64,000 nucleotides of DNA, from the NCBI RefSeq assembly GCF_006345805.1, contig NC_043012.1, positions 11,780,001 through 11,844,000 on the forward strand. Direction: 5' to 3'. The notes beneath the pieces were generated by a model, which was given only the letters and a program-made list of their open reading frames with translations, did not search any database and was not told where the DNA came from. How positions within the stretch are numbered: position 1 is the stretch's first letter; each line of letters starts with the position of its first letter. This document shows, one piece after another, positions 24,600-37,895 of this stretch. Source of the DNA: Octopus sinensis (Eukaryota). Position numbers and translations under genes: made by a program.

Positions 24600-26360
24600 C
24601 TTTCTACGCTAACGTAATTTCCATATCTCGTTCAACGTCACCGTAGTTTTCTTTATCCCTTTCCACGTTACAGCATTTTTCTTGATCCCTTTCCACGTTA
24701 CAGCATTTTTCTTTATCCCTTTCCACGTTACAGCATTTTTCTTTATCCCTTTCCACGCTACAGCATTTTTCTTTATCTCTTTCCACGTTACAGCATTTTT
24801 CTTTATCTCTTTCCACGTTACAGCATTTTTCTTTATCCCTTTCCACGCTACAGCATTTTTCTTTATCTCTTTCCACGTTACAGCATTTTTCTTTATCTCT
24901 TTCCACGTTACAGCATTTTTCTTTATCCCTTTCCACGCTACAGCATTTTCTTTATCCCTTTCCACGCTACAGCATTTTTCTTTATCCCTTTCCACGTTAC
25001 AGCAATTTTTCTTATCCCTTTCCACGCTACAGCATTTTCTTTATCCCTTTCCACGTTACAGCATTTTTCTTTATCCCTTTCCACGCTACAGCATTTTCTT
25101 TATCCCTTTCCACGTTACAGCATTTTTCTTTATCCTTTCCACGCTACAAGCATTTTTCTTTATCCCTTTCCACGCTACAGCATTTTTCTTTATCTCTTTC
25201 CACGTTACAGCATTTTTCTTTATCTCTTTCCACGTTACAGCATTTTTCTTTATCCCTTTCCACGCTACAGCATTTTTCTTTATCCCTTTCCACGCTACAG
25301 CATTTTTCTTTATCCCTTTCCACGTTACAGCATTTTTCTTTATCCCTTTCCACGCTACAGCATTTTTCTTTATCCCTTTCCACGTTACAGCATTTTTCTT
25401 TATCCCTTTCCACGCTACAGCATTTTTCTTTATCCCTTTCCACGTTACAGCATTTTTCTTTATCCCTTTCCACGTTACAGCATTTTTCTTTATCTCTTTC
25501 CACGTTACAGCATTTTCTTTATCTCTTTCACGTACAGCATTTTCTTTATCTCTTTCCACGTTATAGCATTTTTCTTTATCCCTTTCCACGTTACAGCATT
25601 TTTCTTTATCTCTTTCCACGTTACAGCATTTTTCTTTATCGCTTTCCACGTTACAGCATTTTTCTTTATCTCTTTCCACGTTACAGCATTTTTCTTTACC
25701 TTTTTCCACGTTACAGCATTTTTCTTTATCTCTTTCCACGTTACAGCATTTTTCTTTACCTTTTTCTACGTTACAGCATATTTTTTTATCTCTTTGTACC
25801 TTACCACATTTTTCGTCCTCTCTTTCCAAGTTACCGCAATTTTTGCTTATCTCTTTCCGTGTTACGGTAATTTTGTTTACCTCTTTGTACCTTACAGCAT
25901 TTTTTCTCTATCTCTTTCTACGTAACCGCATTTTTCTTTGCCTCTTTCTATGTTACCCTATTTTGTTCTACCACTTGTTTTACCACTTGTTTTACCGTAT
26001 TTTTTCTTTTTCCTTTTCTACATTTCCTTAATTTTTAAAATCTATTTCTACGCTTTCGTATTTTTCCTTACCTCTTTCTACGTTACCGTAGTTTCCTTAT
26101 CTCTTTCTACGTTGCCGCGTTTTTCTTTACGTATTTCCATGTTACCGCATTTTTATTTATCTCTTTCTACGTTACGGCATTTTTTTTTTACCTCTTTGTA
26201 TCTTACCGCATGATTCCCAATGTCTTCCTACGCTATTGTATTTTGCTTCATGTCTTCCTACGTTACCCTATTGTACTTTACCTCTCTCTACTTTTCCACA
26301 TTTTTCTTTGTTTCTTTTCCCCGTTACTGCATTTCTCTTTACGTCCTTCCATGTTAGGTT
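24600..26360. repeat. 30-bp minisatellite (TTCCACGTTACAGCATTTTTCTTTATCCCT)n with degenerate flanks
   Basis: Homogeneous core ~24640-25760; units become progressively more diverged towards ~26360; single-base indels in the T runs. Confidence 0.95.
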
Positions 26361-26630
26361 TTTTTTTCATTCTCTCTTTCCGTATTTTTACATCTCTAAG
26401 TTCTTTTTACTCTTTTACTTGTTTCAGTCATCTTTGTCTGTGGCCATGCTGGAGCACCGCCATAATCCTAACCCTAACCCTAAACCTTGACGACGTAAAC
26501 TCCACAATCTTCTCATGTTGCAGTATATCAGTTGAATGGGTTTCACAAAGTTTTCTGGCTTCGTCAAAATCTTTGATCAAACCCATTGTTTTATCGTGAA
26601 AAAGTCATTATCCTATATACATAAGCATTA

Positions 26631-26971
26631 GGGTAAAGACCCCCTTCGGTCATGAATGACCATGGGATTGCACCTAGAAAGTTACCCTCCTAGACACAAG
26701 TCCGGGCAAGGTTGTTTATGGAAGACCAGCAGTCGCCCATGCATACCAGCCTCCCCTCTCCACGCCACCAGTGTTATCCAAGGGAAAGACAAAGGCCGAT
26801 ACAGCTTGGCACCTGTGACGTCGCAACTCATTTCTACAGCTGAGTGAACTGGAGCAACGTGAAATAAAGTGCCTTGCTCAAGAACACAACACGCAGCCCG
26901 GTCCAGGATTCGAGCTCACAACCTCACGATCGTAAGCTCGACGCTCTAACCACTGAGCCATGCGCCTTCAC
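26631..26971 (-). mobile_element. SINE family C, full length, young, 8-bp TSD AAGCATTA
   Basis: Minus strand GTGAAGGCGCATGGCTCAGTGGTTAGAGCGTCGAGCTTACGATCGTGAGG (A-box, ACG anticodon-like loop), GCTCGAATCC B-box, CORE-like domain. TSD at 26623-26630 and 26972-26979. Confidence 0.93.
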
Positions 26972-26979
26972 AAGCATTA

Positions 26980-27036
26980 GGGTAAAGACCCCCTTCGGTC
27001 ATGAATGACCATGGGATTGCACCTAGAAAGTTACCC
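26980..27036 (-). mobile_element. 57-bp 3'-terminal fragment of SINE family C flanked by the same TSD
   Basis: Identical to 26631-26687; followed by AAGCATTA at 27038-27045. Confidence 0.88.
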
Positions 27037-27251
27037 TAAGCATTACTGTTATGGAATAGGCAGAATTACAACCATCCAATTCAATATTTCCAGCTTGCTG
27101 TTCAAATTCATATTAAAAGTTAAAAATGAAATAAAGTCACATGTGTTCATACCTCAGGTTCTTGTTGGGTGACGGAAAAACTGAAGAAAACGTGATCTTT
27201 ATAGTTAACCCTCTATATGTATGATCTCATAAGCAAATACATGTATATATA

Positions 27252-27668
27252 TATTTCTTTATTGCCCACAAGGGGCTAAACATAGAGGGGACAAACAAAG
27301 ACAGACAAAGGGATTAAGTCGATTACATCGACCCCAGTGCGAAACTGGTACTTTATTTATCGACCCCGAAAGAATGAAAGGCAAAGTCGACCTCGGCGGA
27401 ATTTGAACTCAGAACGTAACGACAGACGAAATACCTATTTCTTTACTACCCACAAGGGGCTAAACATAGAGTGGACAAACAAAGACATACAAACTGATTA
27501 AGTCGATTACATCGACCCCAATGCGTAATTGGTACTTAATTTATCGACCCCGAAAGGATGAAAGGCAAAGTCGACCTCGGCGGAATTTGAACTCAGAACG
27601 TAACGACAGACGAAATACCGCTAAGCATTTCGCCCGGCGTGCTAACGAGTCTGCCGGCTCGCCGTCTT
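27252..27668 (-). mobile_element. SINE family A1 full copy (27436-27668) joined head-to-tail to a headless body copy (27252-27435)
   Basis: Two successive CCCACAAGGGGCTAAACATAGAG...CAGACGAAATACC units; the junction is GAAATACC|TATTTCTTT. Confidence 0.9.
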
Positions 27669-27775
27669 AAATACATGTATAATAACACACTAGGACACAT
27701 GCATGGGTAAAGTACAAGCGTATATATACAGTGCTACATTACACAAAGACGTGTTGCAAATGAGTTAGAGGCAAA

Positions 27776-27812
<37 letters not shown>

Positions 27813-28165
27813 TAGGGAAAGAGAGAGAAATAATATAGGTAAATGAGGACACCTGTACCTAATTAAATAGGAAGTTTGAAAAGCTGTTGCAATAAAAAAT
27901 GACACTTGCATGCATGCACAGATACACATAAAAGAAACTTCCTGGTTTTTGTTATTATACGCAAGTATAGAGACACAGATGCGCAAAAATTTTATACAAG
28001 CGGTTGTAGAAATCCGTCAAACTGGTAAACATATACAAAAATATTCATGCCTGTGTATACACATACAAACATATACACATGTGTATGTGAGTGCATGTGT
28101 GTGTATGCAAATGCAAGCACCTATACAGAAAAAAATATTGAATATTTTGTTTGTATATCCACATA

Positions 28166-28169
<4 letters not shown>

Positions 28170-28220
<51 letters not shown>

Positions 28221-28540
28221 GTATATAAATATATATGTAAGTTTATATATATCTATATATATATTATATATATATATATACATATATATATTATATATAT
28301 ATACGTATATATATATATGTATATATGCATATATATATATAAATCTACATATATACATATATATATATTATATATATATATATACGTATATAAATATATA
28401 TGTATATATGTAGGTTTATATATATATATATACATATATATATTTATATATATATAAACCTACATATATACATATATATTTATATACGTACATACAGATA
28501 CGTACATACATATAGGTGCACACACATATACTGGATCATT
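28170..28540. repeat. Degenerate (TA)n array
   Basis: Visible dinucleotide run. Confidence 0.95.
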
Positions 28541-29273
28541 CAATAAATAATGTGGTATTTTTAATTGCATGAACTAAAAGTGGGAGGGAGGACGAGATAA
28601 ACTACCTGCCATAAACTAACTTGCCATAAAAGTAGGTAGCAATTTTACCTTGTCCTTATTCTTAGTGTAAGTTTTGAAGAGTGTAGTTCGATTTTAGCAG
28701 TTACTTTTTTCAAAGCTATATGGGAGGTGACAAAGGAGAATATTCGGCCTATTTTCTAGATAGATGGAAGAGCATTGTAGAATATGAAGGAGAGTATATT
28801 TTAGGTTAAAAAAGAACTTCGTTTATCTTAATTTTGAAAAATAAAAGAAGTATAAGAATAAGTATAATAGTATAAAAAAAAAATCCGCATTATGATCCAA
28901 TAGATACATACATACATAATACATACATACATACTTTACATACATACATACATACATACACACATACATACATACACACACACACACATATATATATATA
29001 CCAAATATATACGTTTTTAATTATTATTTTGCAATTTACTTAATCATCGGTATATTATTGTTATTTCAATTTTAATATTTCTATTATATGTAATTTTGTA
29101 GATGGTGTAATTTAATTGTTCATTTTGAATTGATTAAAGGTGGTTTTTCTAATTTTTATACATATATATTATATTTTGGGAAATTTGATTTAGTATTTCT
29201 AAATTGAATTTTTCCCTGTAAGTTAGGAATAACATTCCCTCAAATAATAATTATTATATACATATCCATATAC

Positions 29274-29370
<97 letters not shown>

Positions 29371-30304
29371 TATGTACACATATATGCATATATACATGCT
29401 TATCTACGCACACACACACACACACACACACTCACACGTATTCAATAGATGTTTATGAATGATGGACTTAATTACCCTAAGCACTGTAGATTTCGGCAAT
29501 TCAAACTTATTTTAATTTAAATTTGTATATAGATTCCATATTCAAACAACAGGCAGTTATCCTTCTCATTAATCAATTTATTATATAATCTAGGACAATA
29601 GTTATTATAGTACTACTACTACTACCATACAGTATTACTCTTTGGTGAATGTTTCATATAAATTTAGGTCAGGAGAGTACTGACTTGCTAGTGGAGTCTG
29701 TACATTTGCAATTACGGCAGGCTTTCGCTTCACTAATTTTAAATGGCCACTAATCTTCATCAGAGAAGATGTTTAAATATGTAAGCATTAATGATATCTT
29801 TTGATGAGGCAGAAGTTCAGTCAATTTTTATCTTGAGACGTCAGTGGGACAAAGAAAAAATAAAGACAATTGGAAGTCATTACAATCGATAAGAAAAAAA
29901 CCCTGCTAACCTGTTCTTGATATTGATTTCCAGTGTAACTCTGAGCAATGAACTGGATATACTAAAACGAGTTGTAATATATGGTATTGACGCGTGTAAG
30001 CGAAAGGAGGCGAAGAGTACTGATATACATAACGGTCAATTTTTAATTAGTATAATAAATGTATCATGCACACTTTATGCATTAAATACATCTTTTGGCA
30101 GAAACAAGGACCACATCAACACCGACGTTTTCTCCAATGTTTTGTTGTCATTGTGCGCAGAAATTTGCTCGTGGTTAAATATTATTTTGTCATTCGATGC
30201 AAAAGCATTTTCGCATCTATACAAGTAACTATTCCTCCGAAGCCATATTGACCTCTAAAGCAAATGGTCAGTATTTTTAAGTGTACATTATTTCAGATTT
30301 TATA

Positions 30305-30760
30305 ATGAAAAATCTCCTAACACATGCCCGATTACGCTCAACAACAACACAGAAGCCATCAGTAAAAATATGCGGAAGATCCAACGTGGGATATGCGTAA
30401 GTTTAATTGAGGGATCAGAGTTCCCCTTCAAACAGGGACAAGGTTTCACAGTGAAAAGCAACTTCGCATGTGCTTCGAAGAATCTGATAAACGCACTAAC
30501 CTGTTCTGGGTGTCAAGAGCAATACAGAGGCTAAAAAAAAAACAGTCTACGTAAAAGAATGGCTTTGCACAGATCCCAGGTCAAAATTCCCCAAAACAGA
30601 AAAATAGCATTCAGCCAACACATCGACATTTGCGCCAATAACAAAAATCCAAGCTTCAGAACTTTTACTCACTATCAATTCAAGGACGATACAACCTGTA
30701 GCCAACGAATTAGTAAAGATAAAGATCCCTTTTGAACAAAATACAGACCCCTTTTTGAAC
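30305..30760 (+). pseudogene. Penelope-like element GIY-YIG endonuclease C-terminal region, disrupted
   Basis: Manual translation with one frameshift and stops: MKNLLTHARL..PSVKICGRSN/GICVSLIEGSEF..FTVKSNFACASKNLINALTCSGCQEQYRG*KKNSLRKRMALHRSQVKIPQNRKIAFSQHIDICANNKNPSF..QRISKDKDPF*TKYRP. This matches the Cys linker plus GIY-YIG layout of Penelope ORFs. It is not in the ORF track. Confidence 0.85.
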
Positions 30761-30779
30761 AAAATACAGGCCTCTTTTG

Positions 30780-31470
30780 AATGCATCTACAACAAACGAC
30801 ATATCCACCACGGCCTTAAAATAACACAAACGCACACGCAAATATTAAAAAATGATGCACTCAAGAGATTCCCAAGAATTCATTAAAAAACAGTCCCAAT
30901 CACTGCCATATTCCATAACGAAACACTTTTAGGTCCCTTGACCATTTAACACCCCGCTACTATCATACTACCTACATTCCTTCTTATTCTTCCTTCTCTT
31001 TTTCCTTCTTCTTCGTATTCTTGCTCTCCACCACCGCCTTCCTAACTTTACCACTATTGCTGTTTAGAATAACACCGACGCAAATTTTATAAACAAAACA
31101 TTCAAAAGAGATGTCTCAAGAATTCAATCACTACTACCATCCACAACGGGTCACTTTCAGGGCACTTGACCATTTAACATACTACTATCATGGCACTCCC
31201 ACATTCTTCTTCTTCTTCTTCTTCTTCTTCTTCTTCTTCTTCTTCTTCCTTACCAAGAATTCACAATGACCGCGAACCCACAAGAGTAAACAAAAGAGAC
31301 AGAAACAGGCAGAAACAAGAAAAATGCTCCTTGTATTTGAATACTATGCAAATATTCTTTTAAAAAACTTTTCTTTTAATTTCCAAAATTTAATTGTTTT
31401 TCCATACTTACAGTTGAAAAAGTCTCAATGACTGAAATGTTTTTTATAAAATCATTTTAGCATTTTCTAC
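30780..31470 (+). mobile_element. 3' untranslated/pLTR part of the same Penelope-like element
   Basis: Diverged ~150-bp direct repeat (30840-30990 vs 31080-31215). Decayed hammerhead-like TTGAAAA-AGTC-TCAAT-GACT-GAAA at 31414-31437. Confidence 0.5.
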
Positions 31471-31608
31471 CTTGACGATTTTTTATATACATACATACAT
31501 ACATGCATACATATATATTATAATATATTATATATATATATATATATAATTTATATATATATTATATATATGTATATATATATGTTATATATATAAAGAT
31601 ATATATAA

Positions 31609-31674
<66 letters not shown>

Positions 31675-32560
31675 AGCAAGCGCACACATACACGCAACAT
31701 GCACGTATTTATTTGTGCAAGCGACTTTTATAGCATTGACACAACGCTTACTCTGCAAAGATTTATTACAAGTATTTCTTTTAATACCTAAACTCTAATA
31801 TACTGTGTTCAGCATGTTCATGTCCACTGAATGGCCAGTTAATTGAGTTACTGTCCGTATGTGTCATAAAGTCATAGGTGACATTCACTTCCGGTTAGTA
31901 AATGGCCGCCGGCATGCTTGACACAAAAAAACATTAAAAAATGTAAAGTAAAATAAAATATCCGGTGAGAAAATTTACTAGATGTTGACCAATATATTCT
32001 TTTTTTCATTTTACACGTTTGCTGGTAATTATAGGAGCTAAATTCGTACATATTTTTTTTTTATAGCAAAGCCTGCAGTTTATTACTGAACGCATAGGTT
32101 TTTAAATATATATTTATTGCTTCTGTTGTGTTGGTGTATATGGTATTTGATCCTGCCTAGTTAAACGCTGGTGTTGTCCATTAGCGATTTTCCTAAGTAT
32201 AGAGTTTATGACTGGAAACGATGTGCTCATCATAGAATGATCCTCCCCGTGATTACAAAGACACACAGACAGACACATGGACTCCAATCGTAAAACTTTT
32301 ATAAGATCAGATGTCATTAATGAGAATCCGTTGACGACTTAGCGATTATAATAAACATGGCGTATATCTTACATTTGCGTATAATAAATAATGAAAGAAT
32401 TGCAATTTCGTGTTGTATCTCGGGACGGTCATTATGCGAATAATAAACAAATGAGCTGGTTTCATTTCACTTCTAGATATTGTTATTGGTTAATTATTTA
32501 TATCAATTAATTAATCGATTATTTGATTAATCATTCAGTGAATCAGTTAATCAATTCGGT

Positions 32561-33375
32561 GAGTGCTTCTCAACCATTTTCTACATATAGATCCCTTTGA
32601 TTCCTGTTTTACTCAGGTGAACCCTCGCAGTTATTCAATGTTTAACAAAAAAATCTTATTAGATTTTTATAATTAAATATCATTATGAATTGTATAAGAA
32701 AAATTGTTAAAATATTCTAAGTATTGTAGAAGTATTGAGTTGTCCGGAAAGTTCATGCCGATTTTTAAAGGAAAGAAAAAGGTCAATAAATACTTGCCAT
32801 TACATTTTTAATAAACCAAATATGAACCATTTTGTTGCACAATGCGTCTCCATCTTTCCTTTAACTTGAAAACACCCTCTTCCCAGAATTGAGGTGGTTT
32901 AATGGCAAAGAATTCATCAAGGTATCTTTTTACGTCATCCAAGGAATTGAAATTTTTACCATTAAGACTATTCTGCAGAGACCTGAATAAGTGGAAATCC
33001 GAAGGAGCAATATCTGGTGAATATGGAGGATTGGAGTAACACATCTCAGCCGAGCTGCAGCAATTTTTGTCTGGTACCCAAAGCATCAAGTGCCGAAAAT
33101 GAACTTTCTTATCTTCCATTTTAAGGGGTTACAAAATTAACACAGGTTATAGAAACCTTCTTCCACGAAAAATAGCTTAATCTGTGCTCTAAATGGAAGT
33201 GAAGTCAAATCCTATTTTATGGGCTCGACCATGTTCTAAAATAAGTCGAAATGTAAGCTACTATAAATCGGCACGAATTTTCCGGACAACTCAATATAAC
33301 CAGTTTGTTGCAGATAAATTTCAAAATCTTATATGGAACCCCAAGGGTCATATGGATTTTGGTTGAAAACCACTA
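32561..33375. mobile_element. hAT-like MITE interrupted by a mariner insertion
   Basis: Imperfect termini GAGTGCTTCTCAACC (32561-32575) and GGTTGAAAACCACTA (33361-33375), resembling CAGTGGTTCTCAACC hAT TIRs. No clean 8-bp TSD. Confidence 0.5.
32735..33294 (-). mobile_element. Internally deleted mariner transposon (560 bp)
   Basis: 30-bp TIRs TTGAGTTGTCCGGAAA(G/A)TTC(A/G)TGCCGATTT with TA on both sides. The ORF fuses the N-terminus MEDKKVHFRHLMLW to the C-terminus PPYSPDIAPSDFHLFRSLQNSL..KLKERWRRIVQQNGSY (YSPDIAPSD mariner motif). Confidence 0.93.
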
Positions 33376-33891
33376 AGTTAGGATTACAAGGTCGTTTCGT
33401 TGCCATTCGCGATCTCGACAATGAATGCCAACCCCGTCAATAGTTAAGAGCCGTTTGTAAAAACCTCTCTAGGGCGTTACTGTGTGGTTCAGAATCTTGT
33501 TTTGGGGGTTAAGTTCACATGCGTGGCACCTTGTCTATATTCATCTCTGTACGGGTGTTGGTGGTCTGAGTCTCTGTTCTGTTTGTTCCCGCCACCGCTT
33601 TACAAACGCTGATGGTTTATTTATGTCCTTATGAAATTAACTGTTTTGCAGTAGAATAAGTATCCCACAAAATTTGGCCCGGGGTCAATTAGTTCGACAC
33701 ACACACACGCATTTATATATATGTACACACGCGTGTGTGTGCGCACACACACACACACACATGACGGGCTTTCAGTTTCCGTGTGCCAAATATTTTCACA
33801 AGACACTTGATCGGGAAGCAAACTTCTGACCACACACCCATTCTTGACCCTATCAAATGTGGTCCTCAAGGATTATATATATATGTGTCTG

Positions 33892-33927
<36 letters not shown>

Positions 33928-34726
33928 ATATATAGATATGTATGTATATATATGTACATAATACTTACATACAAACATACATACATACGTATAAATGTAT
34001 ATATATATATATATATATACACGTGCGTGTATGTATGCTTTCAGATATCTCCACATACATATATACATATATATTATTCATAAACATAATAATGCTTACA
34101 CACACACACACACGCACACACACACTTACATAGATGTGTGTGTGTGTGTGCGTGTGTGTATGTATGTATATAACTCCAAATCGTGGAGAGGCACACTCAC
34201 CGAACTGTGCATGTATCTGTATTTGCATATTGCGTTTATGTGGGTGTGTGAGGGAGTGTGTCTGCGTGTGTGTCTGTGTGTGCGTGCATATGTGTGTTTA
34301 TGTGCGGATGTATGACTTACGTTAGTGTACATAAGTGTTGGTGTGGATCTGTGAAGGGTTGCATGCGAAGGCATTTTCTCTGCCAAATCTGCAGACATCA
34401 AGTGCATGTTGGAAATATTTCAAAATATTTCATCTGACAGCTTTATGGAAAGTTACCACATATCAGTTCCATAGACTCCATAATATGATAAAATAAGAGA
34501 GGAAGGCGGGAAGAATAAGAGAAACGAAAAGCAGAATAGAGAAAAAGCCCTCACGTGTTTTGTTGTTCTTTTTACGATTTCTAGTTGGCATTGTATATTG
34601 TTGGTGTTTAGTGCAGAGGGCAGAGAGAAGTAGAGAGCAAAGAACCGGGTTTAATATTTGGTACTTTAAGTCTTTTTTGCAGTTCATATATCGACACTGA
34701 TTTCCGATCGGACTTTTCTGTTATAG

Positions 34727-34911
34727 AGGCTGTGTGGTTAAGAAGCTCGCTTTTCAAACGCGTCGCTTCGGGTTCAGTTCCACTGCCCAGTATATTGTAG
34801 GCAGGTATCTTTTACTCTAGCCCCGGATCGACCAATGTTTTGTGTGTCAATTTGGTGGACGGAAACTGTGTGGAAGCCTGTCGTCTGTCTGTCTGTCTGT
34901 CTGCCTGTCTG

Positions 34912-34958
<47 letters not shown>

Positions 34959-35135
34959 GTCTGTCTGTCCGTTTTTCTGCGTGTGTGTGTGTGTATTTTC
35001 GCGGCTGTGAGTGTGTGCGTGTCTTTTCGTGTATGAGCGCATATTTACGTGTATGTATCATTGTTTGTCACCTTACGATTTGACAACATGCGTTGGTTTA
35101 TTTATGTCACATTAACCTAGCGGTTCGACAAAACG
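34727..35135 (+). mobile_element. SINE family B, decayed, internal tract is (GTCT)n(ATCT)n
   Basis: GGCTGTGTGGTTAAGAAGCTCG...GGGTTCAGTTCCAC head; GACGGAAACTG precedes the microsatellite. Confidence 0.75.
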
Positions 35136-35656
35136 CATGTGAGCTGTTCAAACGCTGGAAGCCGAAGGTTTTCGTCCGGGAAAAATCACTTAAAGGCTAG
35201 TGTATAAATTATAATTAGTTGCTGATTTTCAATCACTGAATACCCTAGATAGCTGCAGTTGTCCATTGTTTAGTTTAGTTGATATAAGAAAGGACTTCCC
35301 CGCCCACAAAGAGCGTGCTACGATGTGGGTTAAATGATTCTGAATATTCTGTCGGAGCATGAATGCAGAACGGCACAACTGGAGATAGCGATACAGTCGG
35401 AAGACGCTGAAATCGGTATGATTTGCAATCGACAGCTGATGAAGGGAATGTTCCACCGTGCAAACCGAATGTAAACTATAATAAAAGTACACGTACATAC
35501 ATAGGCACAGAGAAGAAGGAGAAAAGGAGGAAGAAATGCAAACAGATGGGGAGAGAGCGAGAGATGGGAAAATAGAAAGAAAACGGTAAATAAAAAGGAG
35601 AGGAAAAAAGACAGTGGAGAAAGACAGAGAGAGAAAATAGACATTCAAACAAGGTA

Positions 35657-35704
<48 letters not shown>

Positions 35705-35710
35705 AAAGAG

Positions 35711-35771
<61 letters not shown>

Positions 35772-36238
35772 GGAGTAGAAAGAGAAAGCTTGTAGCCGTC
35801 AAAGTATAAAATATTGTCTTCCATGGTTGTTTGAATAGCGAATGGGTTGAGTATTATTTTTCTTTTGTGCAGTTGTTATATTGGTGGAATGAAGCGAAGT
35901 ATTACTGCATTTCTTTCCATAGCGATCCACAGGCTACCGACACAAACTCAAGTGGACAGAGAATAAAAAATCAATACGCTCTGTTTGCAACTCGAACCTC
36001 TGATCAAGTAACATGAAGAAGCAGATGCTTAAGGGTATCTATCCTTCAGTTGATAGGATGAAGCACATTTCTACAGATTATTAATGTATCTTTTTTCTTT
36101 TTTTCCCTTTCAACTTTTCTCGTGTTTTATTTTTGTTTAGTTTTTGTTTCGCTGTCTGACACAGAACCTCCCCATTCATCTCGTATTTGACGCCATTGTT
36201 GGTCGGCTTTCAAAACCCGATGGAAAAAGGAAGGAAAC

Positions 36239-36346
<108 letters not shown>

Positions 36347-36464
36347 ACATATAAAAAAGCTTCATCATGCATGCCGGATTCATTACCGAACAGAATACTC
36401 CAACAACCAGCTGCTCTCTTGTACACATACACACACATACACAAACATATATTCATACATACAT

Positions 36465-36508
<44 letters not shown>

Positions 36509-36693
36509 GCATGTACGGTTTTCCACGCATATACATACATATATATATGTAATATACGTGTGTGTGTATATATAAACGCACTTATATATATATATATGCA
36601 TATATGTGTATATATGTATATACATGCATATATATACATACACATATATATATATATTATACACACACACACACACAACACACACAACATATA

Positions 36694-36739
<46 letters not shown>

Positions 36740-37523
36740 GTATGTCTATCTATCAATCTGTGTGTATGTGTATGGACATACGCATACATACAGTCGTATT
36801 AGACTTCTGTCTTCAAAAAGAGGAATCAGCGTTTCGATGTTGAACTGTCTGATTTTTATTGAAAGTTGATCGATAGAGTCTACAGACTGACCGGTCGCCA
36901 TCTTGTTTTATTGAAGACTACTCCAGTTCTTGATCTCTTTACCTCTCTACTTTCACTTTTGCTCTTTATATTTTTTCCTCCATTTTCCGTTTTCTTTGAT
37001 TTTCTTTTCTTTTTGTTTGTTTGTTTCTTTCTTCCTTTCTTTCTTTTCTTCTTTCTTTCTTCCTTTCTTTCTTTTCTTCTTTTTCTTTTTCTTTCTTTCT
37101 TTGCCTCCGCCTGGTTATTTTGCTGCGATTGTCGTTCCTAGTTTAAGCAGATGGCCAGCAAATGCTTTCTACTTCAATGCAGCGTTGTGTACTCGTATAC
37201 GTCTCTGAGATGGCATGTAGGTGTCTCTCTGTGATGATGTATGCGGCCTTGTGCTTGTGTGTGTATGTCACTCAGTAACAGTGCGTAATAGGTCTTTCTT
37301 TATGTGCTGATACGTATGTATGTATGAATGTATATATATGTATGTGTGGTGTATGTGTGCATGCGTTTGCGTGTGTTGGTGAAAAAGGGTAGGATAAAAA
37401 ATTCTACGTAGGTCTCGAAATCATATTTCCACTTAGAATAGTGAGATACATCAATGGTTTCATGCAAAACTAACGAGATTAATAATAATAATAATAATGC
37501 TGCTGCTGCTGCTGATAATAATA

Positions 37524-37585
<62 letters not shown>

Positions 37586-37595
37586 AACAACAATA

Positions 37596-37692
<97 letters not shown>

Positions 37693-37704
37693 GTAATAAT
37701 AATA

Positions 37705-37836
37705 AAACATCCAATTATCGAAGCTTATAATTTGCGGAAAGAGACCTTGTGAGACCTCTGAAAATAGGCTGCTGTCCGCTCTCACAGAACTAACCAGAAC
37801 CAACAAGGCCGAACGCTCTAAGTAGAACAATAATGA

Positions 37837-37895
<59 letters not shown>

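Noticed and set aside
24604-25829. Repetitive ERDKEKCCNV / FFIPFHVTA proteins, or a CRISPR array
   Set aside because: Contiguous 30-bp tandem units with no unique spacers and no cas genes, in a eukaryotic context; frameshifting indels between units.
26900-26971. tRNA-Arg(ACG) gene
   Set aside because: It has A/B boxes and an ACG loop but no proper acceptor stem, and it continues into a SINE body with a TSD. The same applies to the other SINE heads.
28690-28810. Possible mariner C-terminal fragment (FLDRWKSIVEYEGEYIL)
   Set aside because: Too short, with no recognisable TIR pair or DDD motif.
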